Shown here: positions 41,502 to 53,252 of the stretch, one piece after another
Layout: every line of letters begins with the position of its first letter
Numbering within the stretch: the stretch's first letter is position 1
Assembly (NCBI GenBank): GCA_950097015.1
Contig: CATNEN010000039.1
Coordinates: forward strand, 18,228,001 to 18,292,000
Source: Macrostomum hystrix
Lineage: Eukaryota; Animalia; Platyhelminthes
Length of the DNA stretch: 64,000 nucleotides
Reading direction: 5' to 3'
Position numbers and translations under genes: made by a program
The notes under the pieces: generated by a model
What the model saw: only the letters and a program-made list of their open reading frames with translations
Told to the model about the DNA's origin: nothing
Databases searched by the model: none

Positions 41502-43124
41502 ATGCAAGTTTTGAGTCGGCTCTCGCGATACCAAATGTACCCAACTGGTTTCTGTGCATGGTAATCGGCGCAGCGGCGGTGTACTTTTATGGCGCATGGC
41601 CGTACGGCTACTGGAAGAAGCGTGGCGTAAAAGGTCCACCGATGCTGCCTATTCTGGGCGACATGCTGCGCTTCGCCAAGTTTGGCGGCTTTCGCCAGAT
41701 GATGATTGGCGATCAGATGGAGTTCGGTCGCGTCTACGGCACCTATTTTATGCGCCGCCCGGTGCTGGTCGTTGCCGATCCGGACATGCTGAAGCAGATC
41801 TGTATTAAACGGGCCGACAACTTCACAGACAGGGGAACACTTGGCAACGAAACTTATCCCATGGACAAGGGCATCCTCACTCTGAAAGGCCAGGAGTGGA
41901 AGCGGGTTAGAAGCCTGATGACTCCAGCTTTCAGCTCCGGCAAGATGAAGGTCATGTTTCCTCTGATAGAACGCAGCGTTAATCAGCTATGCCATAGCTT
42001 ACTGAAGGCTCAGGGCAGCATTGTTGAAGTTAAGACCTACTTCACTAACTTTACGATGGACGTTGTTGCCAGCACGCTGTTCGGACTAGAGATCAATACA
42101 CAGGAGAATCCGAACAGCGAGTTCAACAGGAACGGAAGCGAAATATTCAACTTTGACTTTCGCAATTGGAAGATTTGGCTTCTGTTTCTAATCCCAAGTG
42201 TCAGTGTTCCACTGTTTAAACGGCTCGGTATCAGTCTGTTCAAAAAGGAATATCTGGACTTCTTTCAAGAAGTCATCAGTCGAGCTCTGAGTGAACGGGA
42301 GGCCTCGCATGACTGTGACCAATATCGGGACTTCCTCGCTGCCATGGTAACAGCACGACGCGAAGCAGAGAAGCAGGGAGTCAAAGGACTCACACAGCAC
42401 GAGGTGCTGGCCCAGTCGCTGACATTATTTTTGGCCGGATTCGAAACCACGTCTAGCGCGCTGCAATTCATGGCCTAATTTTTGGCCTGGCACCCCGAGT
42501 GCCAGGACAGGGTCTACCAGGAAGTTGCAGCAGTCAAGACCAAGAATGAGGGTTCAATCACTTACGAATGTCTTCAGGTATAATAGGATTTGACTGCGAT
42601 GAGGCTCATGCAGGGTGCATGTAAAATCATGGCTATTCTGAAAACTATCCGATCTAACATCCATTTTGCAGGGCCTGACATACCTGAATCAGTGTCTGGA
42701 CGAAACATTGCGTCTGTGTCCCCCGGCGCTGTTCACAGACCGAGTGTGCACAGAGACCACCGTAATAAACGGCTACGAGATTGAACGAGGTATCAATGTG
42801 CGTATTCCCATTGTGAGCATTGCTCACGATCCTGAGGCCTGGGATCAGCCAGAGCTGTTCAATCCTGACAGATTCGCGCGAGGCTCCACTGCAGACGGTG
42901 GCAGCCTCGGCCACTTCCTACCGTTCGGCATGGGACCCCGCAGCTGCATCGGGATGCGCCTAGCCCACATGGAGATTCGCAAAGCCATGGCGGAGCTGCT
43001 GCTGGTGGTTGAGTTTCGCGTCGCCCCGGAGACCAAAGCGTACGACAAGCTGGAGTACAAAGCTAGCAGTATATCAGCTGTGAACGAACCAATTCGACTC
43101 CAAATTAATCCGCGAAAAGCTTGA
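41502..43124 (+). pseudogene. Cytochrome P450 (CYP3 clan) with in-frame TAA, probable pseudogene or assembly error
   Basis: Exons about 41502/41558-42577 and 42672-43124. Motifs WKRVR, AGFETT, ETLR, PDRF and FGMGPRSCIG. TAA at 42476-42478 lies in FMA*FLAWHPECQ. The ATG at 41502 is one base out of frame with the N-terminal anchor. Confidence 0.85.
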
Positions 43125-43628
43125 CAGTATAGCGAAGAAGACTTCATAAAGGATATGAAATTATTTCTAATTAAAGCGACTATGCCCTGTATTGTTCGGG
43201 AAGAAATTGCGTGTAGCCAATGTTGCTAAATTAGCAAGTATTCTTAATTTTAAACAACTAATTATTTGAACAAATACCACCGCATCACACACTTTTTTGT
43301 GATTATTAAGCACATGCATGCATGCACAGCACAGTAGTACAAGCTGGAAAAAAACATTTGTTCTTTAATGGTGCAAGGGCAGAGCAATAATAATGAATAC
43401 GGCACTTTATGCATTATGACCAGACAGTAAAATTTTAATGTAATTGGTCGACTGTGTGGTGTCTAAACATAATATTAACCACAGTCGGTTGGTAAAAGCG
43501 TTGAGCCGATAAAGGGCGGATGGTAAGTGTGAGGTTCGAATTCAGAGCTAGAGGGGAAGAAGCTTCAATGTCCTGAAAAATCCTGAAAGAAACACCTGAA
43601 ATAAACGATATGGTTGCTGCCACCTTTT

Positions 43629-43860
43629 TTACTTATTTGCCGGGGGGCCCGGGGCACTTGACGCACAAGCACAGGAATGGCATGCCCCCAAGCCGGCGAA
43701 CTAGGCGGGAGTCGCCTATCGCGCCATCTGGACCCCTGGACTCAGGCACCTCACACATAGTAGCAATTAAGCCAAGCGGGGAAGGGGGCGGCAGCCGGAG
43801 TGCCTCTCACCCCAGGCCCGCACACGCACAGAGCAGACCAAACCAGGGGAGGACTTAGAT
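43629..43860 (-). mobile_element. Non-LTR retroelement 3' fragment, same family as 57955-58270
   Basis: Reverse complement of GCCTAGTTCGCCGGC...GGCATGCC.TTCCTGTG...GCGTCAAGTGCCCC with a short TAAG-type tail. Confidence 0.75.
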
Positions 43861-44160
43861 GCCTGAAGGGACGAGAGGACCAAGCCACGCGCGCAGACGT
43901 CTGGTCAAACCTCGCCGCTCAGGGTCCAACGCACAAACACAAACACAAACAAGCATGCAGAAGGCAGGGGTTAAGCTATTTTAAATTTGCTTTGATTGCA
44001 CAGAATAAGCTAATCTCCGCAAGTCACTAATTTGCCAACCACCAACTAAGCGTCGAAATAATCGTGACTTGGAGGGAGGAACGAATCAGCGACCATTGGA
44101 AAGTGAGGCAGCGACATTCGCCGCTGACAAACTCACCACCTTATGTAAGTACGTAAGTAA

Positions 44161-44470
44161 TAATAATTGATAATAATTGATTACACCTGCCCCAATTGGG
44201 TCAGATGTGCAGCCGACAGCACAGCCGCAGCTAATGCGCGGCGCATCTGAAGGCTGCGTACAGCTGTTCAGTCCACGGACTGGGGGGACTCCACACCCAC
44301 CTTCAATTATCCCAGCTGATGCTGGTACCCATTTAACAGCTGGGTGAACTGAAGCAATGCAGAGTTAAGTGTCTTGCTAAAGGACGCAAATTGTTCCAGT
44401 GGAGTCGGGAATCGAACCCCTGACCTTCAAGTCGTGAGTCCGACGCCTTAACCACTAGGCTACAACCTCT
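44161..44470 (-). mobile_element. SINE family 2 (tRNA head + CORE-like domain), full-length
   Basis: Minus strand reads GAGGTTGTAGCCTAGTGGTTAAGGCG...GGGGTTCGATTCCC, then GTCCTTTAGCAAGACACTTAACTCTGCATTGCTTCAGTTCACCCAGCTGTTAAATGGG. Confidence 0.88.
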
Positions 44471-45683
44471 CTTGGTAACCTTACTTACGTAAGTAAGTAA
44501 GTAAGTGCTGCCACCTTGGTCAGAAGGGTCGATTATTGTCTCGTAAGACTTGAAGAATTCGAGACAAGTACTGTGGAAATCACACTGATAAGACGGCGCG
44601 CTTCAGAGGAGACGTAGCCTAAACGGCCCCTAACGAGATCAGATATCTCACAAATGTTCGGAAACTCCGCGGGAGTGCTGTCAGAGTGGCGGAAAGACTA
44701 TGGAAATAGCGGCCAACAACGGGATCCCATAGAACAACCGCTAAATTACCCCCGGCCTCAGCTCCGGACCCTAAGTCAACTAAATGGAAAGGACTAAGCT
44801 AGGTCATACAGCGGCAATGGCTAACTCGTACAGGTTATATAGTACAACAAAAATTTATTTGTAAACATACAGCTTATCTACCATAATACACAACCAAATG
44901 TAAACCACATTCAGAAGTTTATCACATTTAATAGTGCAGAAAAAAAAGAATAAACGGAGATGAAACTTTTCGAAAGCTAACGAGACGTTCTGTACGTTCA
45001 TACAAAATCAACTTCAATATTTATGTACTCCTATGTAAAATAATTACTTAAATTGATATCAATTAGTTCGTTTATTTTTTCAGTCTATAGCCTTTCTGAA
45101 CAATATCACCGAGGTCAGGAGAAACGTCCTCTTTTTTGTAACCGAGACCATTTTAAGAATCTTAAAATAGCGTCTACTCATAATGGTCTGCATCACAAAC
45201 TGCGCTCGTAAAATGTTCTCTGCATAAAATATTATTGTTCTTTTCTTAGATTCAACAATGGTATCTTTTTATTTCTGATAACTTTATTTCTTTTTACTTT
45301 GAGGCAAATGGTTAACCGCTCAGCCACTTCCGTCCTGCCTTTAATTTTAAAATTTTACTTCAGACTTCATTTTAAACTTCTGCGACATTGATCTAACAAC
45401 CATTAGGAACATAAAGTGGCTGTGGTCATGGTAAAATAATGACCATTAATTAATTTTTTATTGCTCAGATCGGTGGCTTGACTCAATCAATCGTGTCATT
45501 TGCGTCGTCTGTGAGGCCTATGAGATCTGCTGTCCAATTAGCGTGAGCACAGTCTCAACCTGCTACAGACGTAATTTATTAAAAACCGGATCACCCAGCT
45601 AGTCTAAAAACTGTTAGAAGTTTTTAGTCAACTTTATTTCGTCTGCAAGGGAATTGTACTAAGTCTGGAGCTTCTGACATACG

Positions 45684-48600
45684 ATGTCATTGTGCTGTGG
45701 AACAAGTCTGCTCCTGCTTGTCAGTTTGCTGATTGCTGAGCTACGTAAGTTCATGAGATTATAGCTATTGTTTCTTAAGTGCTTCTGTATTCTTGGCTCC
45801 CTACGTAACGTAATTCACAAAAGCAGTTCAAGGATAACTTACAGAATATCATTTTTCGGTTAAGTTCTGATGTCTTTGAAGCATTTGCGATTAAAACCAT
45901 TATAGCCCATTTACCGCGTGCATTGACAACTATAGCAGAAGGACGGGAAACTATACGCTTTTTATAGAAACAGTTGGTTTTCGGAGAATAGAAGAGGCTG
46001 GTTTTCGGAAGGATGCAATACGGAGATAGGACATCTTCATTTCTCGTTTTTTTCCTGGAAGCAGATCAAAAGCTTGTCTTTTCATATAACTTACCTAAAA
46101 CGTTGTTTCAACAAATTTGACAAAGCTTCACTCCTAAAAAGTTGATCGATATTCATACTAATTTCTAAACTAGGCCTTTTAAAATAACACTTTGCAGAAG
46201 CATGTAATGAGAAATAAGTCATGGGGCCATAGCCAAGAAAGAAATTTAAGCTATTGAAAATAAGGAAACTACCATAAAACAGATGATTGCACTAAATATA
46301 TGCATAAAAAGTGAAAATATCCTATCTCTATAGTGTACTTCGTGGCTCAAACAGCCTTCTAAACTATTTCTAAGAAACTTAGTTTCCCGTACTTTTACTT
46401 CCAGTTGTCCTTAACTCAACTTCTTAAGTTATTTATAAGAAATAATATTAAAATAACGAGCACACGACTTTTGACCATCAAACAAGGTCAAAAACAACCG
46501 TTTTGATCACCGTTCGATTGAATATCACACTAATGAACACCAGAAAACCGAGGCATTTGATGACAGTATGAACCAGCTTTTAACTCGTATGAAAAAGTTG
46601 TCCGAAATCTGTAACAGTGTTTGGTTTCCAAATTCTCCTTCGACTCAGCAGGTGTGCTCGCCGCTGCTGAATCGGGAGCCAGCAGCCAGCTGCAGTTCAG
46701 CCGCTCGAGCGGTGCGGTGCTGATCGCATCCTCCTACAGTACCGCTCTGCTGAACAAGTCCAGCGTCGACTCGAAGATCGAGTGCTTGTCGCTCTGCAAG
46801 GCCGCGGGTTGCGCAGCCGCAGTCATGCCGGACAGCGGCGCTGGCCTCTGCCAGCTGCTGGTCGTCAACGACGAGTCCAACAGCAGCTGGCCGGCCGAGA
46901 CCCACGTGCAGCGGCTGCTCGGCTCCTCGGCCGGCACCGGCGTGTGGAAGGCGCGCGACTTCGACGCTCAGCTGGCGGCCAAGGCCTGGAAGGAGCCGCT
47001 GCCGAACATTGTGCTCAGCTTTGCAGGTGGGAATTTTTCTCTTAGCTGTAACTATTGCGCGGCGAATCTGAAGTCTGCGTACGGCTGTTCAGTCCATGGA
47101 CTGGGGGACGCCACTGGGGGGATTACCCCAGCTGTTGATGCTGGTACCCATTTAACCACCACCAAGTGGATAACAGCAGGTTGAACAGCATTTAACAGCA
47201 TGTTTTACTAATTAAACATGTTGCTCTAACGAATTTTACTAGGCTTTATTTCTGAAAAGTAGATTTTCACATTTTTACAAAGGTTTATAGTTATAAACCC
47301 CAGGGTCTATGTTTGGAGCCGAATGTGTAACACACTAAAAGTGGGGAACGAACCTCTCGCTGGCAGACCGAGACCGGTTTCCGGCTTGTTTGCCTTCGTC
47401 AGTCAGCCATAGCCACACGCAGTCCTCTCCCACCACTCTTAGTGTGCACAGAAGTCTCTTTTAAGCTTGCCATTTTTATGGCGATATTTTTTAGTGTTAT
47501 GTGAGAGTTTTGCAGCCAAGTCTTTGCTTTTCTACTGTTGTCAGTAGTCTGAATTGTATCTCTCACAGAATGGCTCCATTCTGAATGGACCCCAGCTATT
47601 ACAACAACAACAACAACAAACTACAGCAACCCTGGCTGAGGCCAAAGAGTGGGAAGCTGTCAAAAAGCGCGCGCGAGCGCAGAACTGCGCAGGAGGATCA
47701 GTCCGCGAGGGTCAGAGATGCCGGCATCAGTCAGCAGCAGATCGACGAAACGTTGTGTCCTCGCCTGGCCGCGCCGCCGTGGTCCCTGCAGGGAAAGCAG
47801 CAGCACATCTTGCAGGGGCTCTGGGCAGCGCTGCTCCGCTGCTCCAGCTTTTAATAATAAAAATAACAATTGCAGGCGGGCTGTGGGCAATGGCACATCA
47901 TTTGCTGACACTAGATCGGCAGATAGTGAGGAGTCAATTCTGCCCATTTCGCTGACTCCTGAGCACACGCACACAGGCATACGCTCTCACTGTGTCTTAG
48001 AGATTGGCCCTCAAATTTGGCGTAAATTGCACAACAAACCCCCAAGCCTTCTCTTCGCGGCTGCGCGCCAAATAAATGTGGCCTCGCCGCGGAATCGAAC
48101 TTAGGGACCGTGGTGCGAGAGGCAAACGCGTTAAGTGCTCTGCCATCGACCCCCAGGGTCTAAGCATACAAAAATTAAGTAATAAGACGTCTAGAGTCTT
48201 GACAGCAACTTTCTAATACAAATCAAAAGAAAAACAAGTCAAAGGAAACCAATATAAAAAATATGAGCCTTTGATACAATCAAACAAAATCGATTATCGC
48301 AGTACTCCATTTTTGGAGAAAACCGGCCTCCTTAACTTCTTTCTAAGAAGTAGTTTCCTCCATTCTGCTCCTAGCGGTACTTGTTTACTCATCCAATCCA
48401 CATTCGATTCTTTCCAGCGACTAGTTCCGGCAGAACCGGTGCAATCCAGCAGGTGCAAATCAACAAGACCGGCTGCTATCGGATCCAGGTCACTGGAGCA
48501 GGCGGCGGCACCAGCGGCGGCGGCATAACTGGAGGCCTGGGTGCCCAGATTGTCGGAAAGTTTAACTTGATGGATGGCTTGTTGCTGAGCATTGTCGTGG

Positions 48601-49885
48601 GCCAGGCTGGTGTCAGTCCGACCGCACCGACAAACAGAGGTGGCGGTGGCGGTGGAGGCAGCTTCGTGTATCGGAGCGCTGACGCCAGCTTGCTGATCGC
48701 AGCCGGAGGCGGCGGTGGGGGATCCTGGGTTGGAGCTGGTGAGGCGTGAACGATAATAAAAATAATAATAATTGCAGGAGGGCTGCGTGCAACGGCACAT
48801 CATTTGTTGACACTGGACCCGCAGCCAGCGAGGAGGCAATTCTGCACATTCCACTGACTCCTGAGCACACACGCACACAGATGCCGTACGCAGGCACATG
48901 CTCACACAGGGTGTGTACGGCTCGTACATCGGCCCTGACTTTCTCATCGTCAGGTAGTGTACACTCTGACTGTATTTTTTAGTCTGGAACTTATGGGCGC
49001 GAATCGCATGAAAAGTCTCAAACCTTCTCTCTGCGGCTGCGCCCCAAATGAATACAGACTCGTCGCGGAATCCATTCAGGTACATTGGTGCGAGAGGCAA
49101 AATCATTAACCGCTCTGCCACTGACCCCCCTGACATAGTACATGGGCTCAACTCTCTCATTTTGAATGTTCACGAAGGATGAAGAACTTTGCGGATAATT
49201 TATGAGTTATTTATTCGTTCGACTGTGGCGAAAAAATGTATGGAGCATTTTTTTGAAAGGCCTAAGTTTGATCGCATATTTTCCTGTGACCAGAATGGTC
49301 AGTCCTGGAAAGCATTGCTTTGAATGTTTATCCTCATTTTCTGCACCATCCCTAATTTTAGTTGGAACCCACGGCCAGGCGGGTCCGAACGGAACTTCCG
49401 CCAACGGTGGCACGGCCGCCGAGGCCGGCGTCGGCGGCACCAACGGACAGTCGGGCATGAACAGCGGTTCCACTGTTCCGTCGGACAGCAACCCTGGCGG
49501 CAGCGGAGCGGGCTGGCTCGGAGTGCCCGTCCAGACGAGGCTCGATAACCGGGACGGAGAGCAAGGCTACAATCGCACCAGCGGGCTGATCGGAGGTCTC
49601 GGAGGAGCCGATCTCGGTGTCGGCGGAGGAGCCGAAGGGGGATTCGGAGGTGGCGGAGGCGCCGGAGCCTATGAAGCGATAACACTGCCACCATTCTTTC
49701 GGTCTGGATGTGCCGGCGGAGGCGGCGGATTCAGCGGCGGTGCCGCCGGCCTCTCCGACAACCAGGGCGGCGGCGGAGGTGGCTCCTTCTGCTCTGGCCT
49801 CGAGTGCTCGGCCACCACAGGCGGAAACGCAGCAAGAAACGGAGCTGTGGTGATGACCCTCCTGTCTCTAACGGGTTGTGTTTGA
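45684..49885 (+). CDS. Secreted protein A: signal peptide + PAN/apple-like module + ALK/LTK-type glycine-rich domain
   Basis: Exons 45684-45744 (MSLCCGTSLLLLVSLLIAEL), 46649/46652-47026 (SKIECLSLCKAAGCAAAV...LCQL), 48418-48738 (GAIQQVQINKTGCYRIQVTGAGGG...LSIVVGQAG...GGGGGSFVY...LLIAAGGGGG) and 49362-49885 (GGSGAGW, GGFGGGGG, GGGGGFSGG, GGGGGSF). All introns are phase 1. No TM segment or kinase domain. Confidence 0.82.
47044..47156 (-). mobile_element. SINE family 2 internal fragment
   Basis: GTTCAGTCCATGGACTGGGGGACGCCAC...CCCAGCTGTTGATGCTGGTACCCATTTAAC. Confidence 0.75.
47362..47409 (-). ncRNA. Candidate minimal type I hammerhead ribozyme (Penelope/retrozyme-like)
   Basis: Minus strand GGCUGA-CUGACGA-AGGC(AAACAA)GCCG-GAAAC(CG)GUC-UCGGUC: conserved core, stem I with wobbles and palindromic ACCGGU stem III. 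Confidence 0.65.
47850..48154 (-). mobile_element. SINE family 1 copy (gene A intron 2)
   Basis: Body and head homologous to the other family 1 copies. Confidence 0.85.
48753..49130 (-). mobile_element. SINE family 1 copy (gene A intron 3)
   Basis: Full-length; the tail starts about 15 bp from the splice donor. Confidence 0.88.
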
Positions 49886-50550
49886 GGTGTTTCATAGTTT
49901 CTTTACATGGCAAGCAAAAGCGAATCAACCCGAACGTCAACTTTGCGGTGATACGGAAGTCCAGGACGAGTATAGTCAAAGTACGAGTCTTTGTCAAGTC
50001 TAGAAAAAAACTTTTTTTCGCCTTGATGTATTGGAAAGCTACATTAAATTTAATAATTTTAACAAACATCCGAAGCTATATAGTTTTTTAACTAAAACTG
50101 CTATATTATTCGTAAAGAATGTTTCGATCTCTGAAGCAGATTTTAATGCTGCTTTATTTGTATTATTATAGAAATTTTAATTAACATTTGATACTTATAC
50201 TTCTGTTTAGTGTAGCATATGAGTGTTTAATCTTTACAAAGTGCGCTTGACAATGAGAAAGGAATTGTGTCTACTTGAGTCTGTAGAATGGAGAATGGCT
50301 CTAGTGGGTTTTTGAATGGCTCTTGTGATTTTTCAGTTCGATTTTCTAACAGTGCGTCATTCATTTTATTTTAGTGCTTAATCACATCATCGTCTAGACT
50401 TTTTACCTGACATCCGTATTGAATTACAGTGCACCTGTCAACTTGTCATGATCACTCTCTGGCGTGTCAAAAGATCAGTTATCTGTTACTATTTTTGAAG
50501 CTCGTTCTGAAAACATTTTTATCCTTGTACTTTCCTAAATTATTTATCTA

Positions 50551-51910
50551 CTACGGGTGTGTCATAAGTAATGTCACTGTGGTTGTTGTGCGGGAACCCA
50601 AAGCAATAATCATCCAAATATATTATATTCTGAAAGTACATTTGTTGAGAAGTTGCCACCACACCTGAGCAGCAATTTTAATGTCTATGGCCAAAACTGT
50701 CGCAAGAATTTGTTAATCAGATTTAGCAAGCGCAACGCGATGAAATCTTCTTTTTGCAACGAGCAAAACTCAACATGAATCACGACAAGACGCACATCCA
50801 GTTCTACGCTTTCATTCGCTTCAAGCTTGGAAAATCTGCACTTGAAGTAGAGGAGGATCTCCGGAACACACTGCCAGACAACTGCCCAACTCGCAGGACA
50901 ATTTACAGGTGGTTTCAGAACTTTACTGATCCTGGGTTCGAATTGGGAGATGCCGCCAGATCTGGACGACCATGTTCAACCAGGACAATAGAGAACATCG
51001 AAGTCATCAGCGACCTGGTCAAGGAAGACCCGCGGCAGTCTGTCAGGGAGCTAGCGGACTGCTTGGAGATTGATTTCAAGACAGTCCATCGCATCTTGAC
51101 AGAGGATCTCCATCTCCGAAACGTCTGCTCGGTCTGGGTGCCCCATGACCTCACTGAGGACCAACGTCAGGCCCGTGTGAACTGCGCCAATCAGATCCGC
51201 AAGGTGTTCAGCAGCCGGGGCTTGGATGACATCCTAAACTGCCTGGTTGTTGAGGATGAGACTTGGCTCCACCTGGATGGCAAAAGCAGCAAGGCAGACA
51301 ATCGCTGCTGGCTGGGAGCTGGGGACTCCAGGCTGACTGTGACCAGGAGGTCCATCTCAGACAAGAAGACCATGCTGCTGGTGGCATTCACGCCAAACAA
51401 ACGAGTCTCCATCTGTACAACTCCGCCAAACACCAAGGTCGATGGCCAGTACTTCATCGACTTTGTCCGACACACTCTGAACCTCTGGCGCACGCTCCGG
51501 TCAAACCCGATTCACCTGAACGAAGTTCTGTGGCAGATGGACAACGCACGGCCCCACACCTGTCAGGCTGTTTCGGATTTTCTGGCTGGACGGCGAGTAA
51601 ATCTGCTCTGGCAGAGTCCCTACAGCCCAGACTTCAACTTGTGCGACAGGTTTCTCTTTAAATGGCTGAAGGCAGACTTTTCCCAGAGAAGTTTCGCAAA
51701 CCATGATGAGGTCAAAGAAGCCGCGTTGCACTGGTTCCGACAGCTGGAGGAAAAACACCTGCAGGCTGAGGTAGAGAAGCTGTACGAGCACTGCCAGAGG
51801 GTGATTGATATTGGGGGACCCTATGTTGTTGATTGATACAGTTTCGTTCATCTGCGATTGTTAGTTGGTCTGTTTTACCCTCAGTGACATTACTTATGAC
51901 ACACCCGAAG
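50551..51910 (+). mobile_element. Full-length mariner (DD34D) transposon
   Basis: TIRs CTACGGGTGTGTCATAAGTAATGTCACTG and CAGTGACATTACTTATGACACACCCGAAG (one mismatch). TA at 50549-50550 and 51911-51912. Length 1360 bp. Confidence 0.95.
50775..51836 (+). CDS. Mariner transposase, intact, 353 aa
   Basis: Motifs RSGRP, WVPHDL, EDETW, MDNARPH and YSPDFNLCD, with 34 residues between the 2nd and 3rd catalytic Asp. Confidence 0.95.
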   Translation: MNHDKTHIQFYAFIRFKLGKSALEVEEDLRNTLPDNCPTRRTIYRWFQNFTDPGFELGDAARSGRPCSTRTIENIEVISDLVKEDPRQSVRELADCLEIDFKTVHRILTEDLHLRNVCSVWVPHDLTEDQRQARVNCANQIRKVFSSRGLDDILNCLVVEDETWLHLDGKSSKADNRCWLGAGDSRLTVTRRSISDKKTMLLVAFTPNKRVSICTTPPNTKVDGQYFIDFVRHTLNLWRTLRSNPIHLNEVLWQMDNARPHTCQAVSDFLAGRRVNLLWQSPYSPDFNLCDRFLFKWLKADFSQRSFANHDEVKEAALHWFRQLEEKHLQAEVEKLYEHCQRVIDIGGPYVVD

Positions 51911-52297
51911 TAGTTAGTTGCTTATTGTACTTTAAACTCGAAATAAAAAGAATGTTACTCTGAAATTAAACGTGCCGTGTCTTACTACGGCTAAAAAAGC
52001 TAAGATAATTAATTTTGACGAACGAAAATTCCGGATCTTCTTATAGGTAACTTAAATGAACTTTATAAAAAGAAATACGTGTCGGTCTGGTTTACTTTAT
52101 TATCAAGGCATTGGCATTTTACTGCTCGATGCTTTCAGTTTTTTTCTCATAAAACTAATTATTATTACCGTCAAAGAGGGACTTGCTTATTCTGGCCCTG
52201 CCAGTTTACAACGAAAAAAAGTAATTTACAATTAATTTGTCGTCTAATAGGGCACTTATACGAAGATAGTAATTAATTTTTGGCCATCTCTAATTAA

Positions 52298-52572
52298 CAT
52301 AGGCGTAGGAATGATTAAAAAAGTGGGGGGGCCAAGGCCAAGGGGAGGATCCATTTCCCCGAAAAAAAATCCCAAAAATGACAACTCTTATTATTTCAAT
52401 ATTGCCCTGGCAGTAAAAAATAGTAAAAAATAGTAAAAAAAAGTAAAAAATAAGCAAAAATTCAACATTTTGCATTTAAAATGTGGGGGGCCAAATCTCA
52501 TTACTGGCCCCCCCAATTAAAAAGTGGGGGGGCCATGGCCCCCCTGTCCCCCCCCCCGTTCCTACGCCTATG
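52298..52572. mobile_element. hAT-like MITE
   Basis: TIRs CATAGGCGTAGGAA and TTCCTACGCCTATG. 8-bp TSD CTAATTAA at 52290-52297 and 52573-52580. G/C-run subterminal repeats. Confidence 0.9.
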
Positions 52573-52999
52573 CTAATTAACTAGCCTAGCTAACAGGATT
52601 TGTACAGTTTTGTTGAGATCAAACTGAGAGCTGCTACCACCCAAGCACCCTAGGCGACGAGAAAAACATTTTTATCTGCTGCTGGTAGACAACTAATGCA
52701 AGCTGAGTAAGCAGAAATGCTCTGACAGGCGTCAACCAATAGGGTGGCCAAAACTGCAGCAGTGACAAGGGATAATTCTCATAAACTTTTCGTACAGACA
52801 ACGGATAATCGGCTTTGACGGATACAGCAAGTTGCCTGAGAAACAAATGATTCTATCAGAAACTAAAAGCAGCATCTTCTGGTGCATTGTTCTTCATGGT
52901 AAGTAGCTCGTAGTCTAAGATATTACTAGCTATTCTATGACCTCGAATTTGCTGCAAGGTAAAAAAATAATTGATTGTTGATTTTACCCGCTCAACTCA

Positions 53000-53252
53000 A
53001 GTCAGATATGCAGCCAACAGCACAGCCGCAGCTATTGCGCGGCGCATCTGAAGGTTGTGTAAGGCAGTTCAGTCCATGGACTGGGGGATTCTACACCCAC
53101 CGCAAAACACCCCAGCTGATGCTGGTACATTTAACAGCTGAGTGAACTGAAGCAATGCAGATTTAAGTGTATTGCTTAAGGACACAAATTGTTCTAGTGA
53201 TGTCAGGAATCGAAACCTCCAACTTGAAGCAGTGACGCTAAAGTAGCATAGC
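53000..53252 (-). mobile_element. SINE family 2 copy (gene B intron 1)
   Basis: Homologous to 44161-44470. Confidence 0.82.

Noticed and set aside
42476-42478. UAA-to-Tyr genetic code change
   Set aside because: TAA terminates GHITM at its conserved C-terminus (10338-10340) in the same window.
47640-47850. GC-rich intronic stretch faintly like a piggyBac Cys-rich tail
   Set aside because: The Cys pattern is incomplete and no TIR or TTAA support was found.
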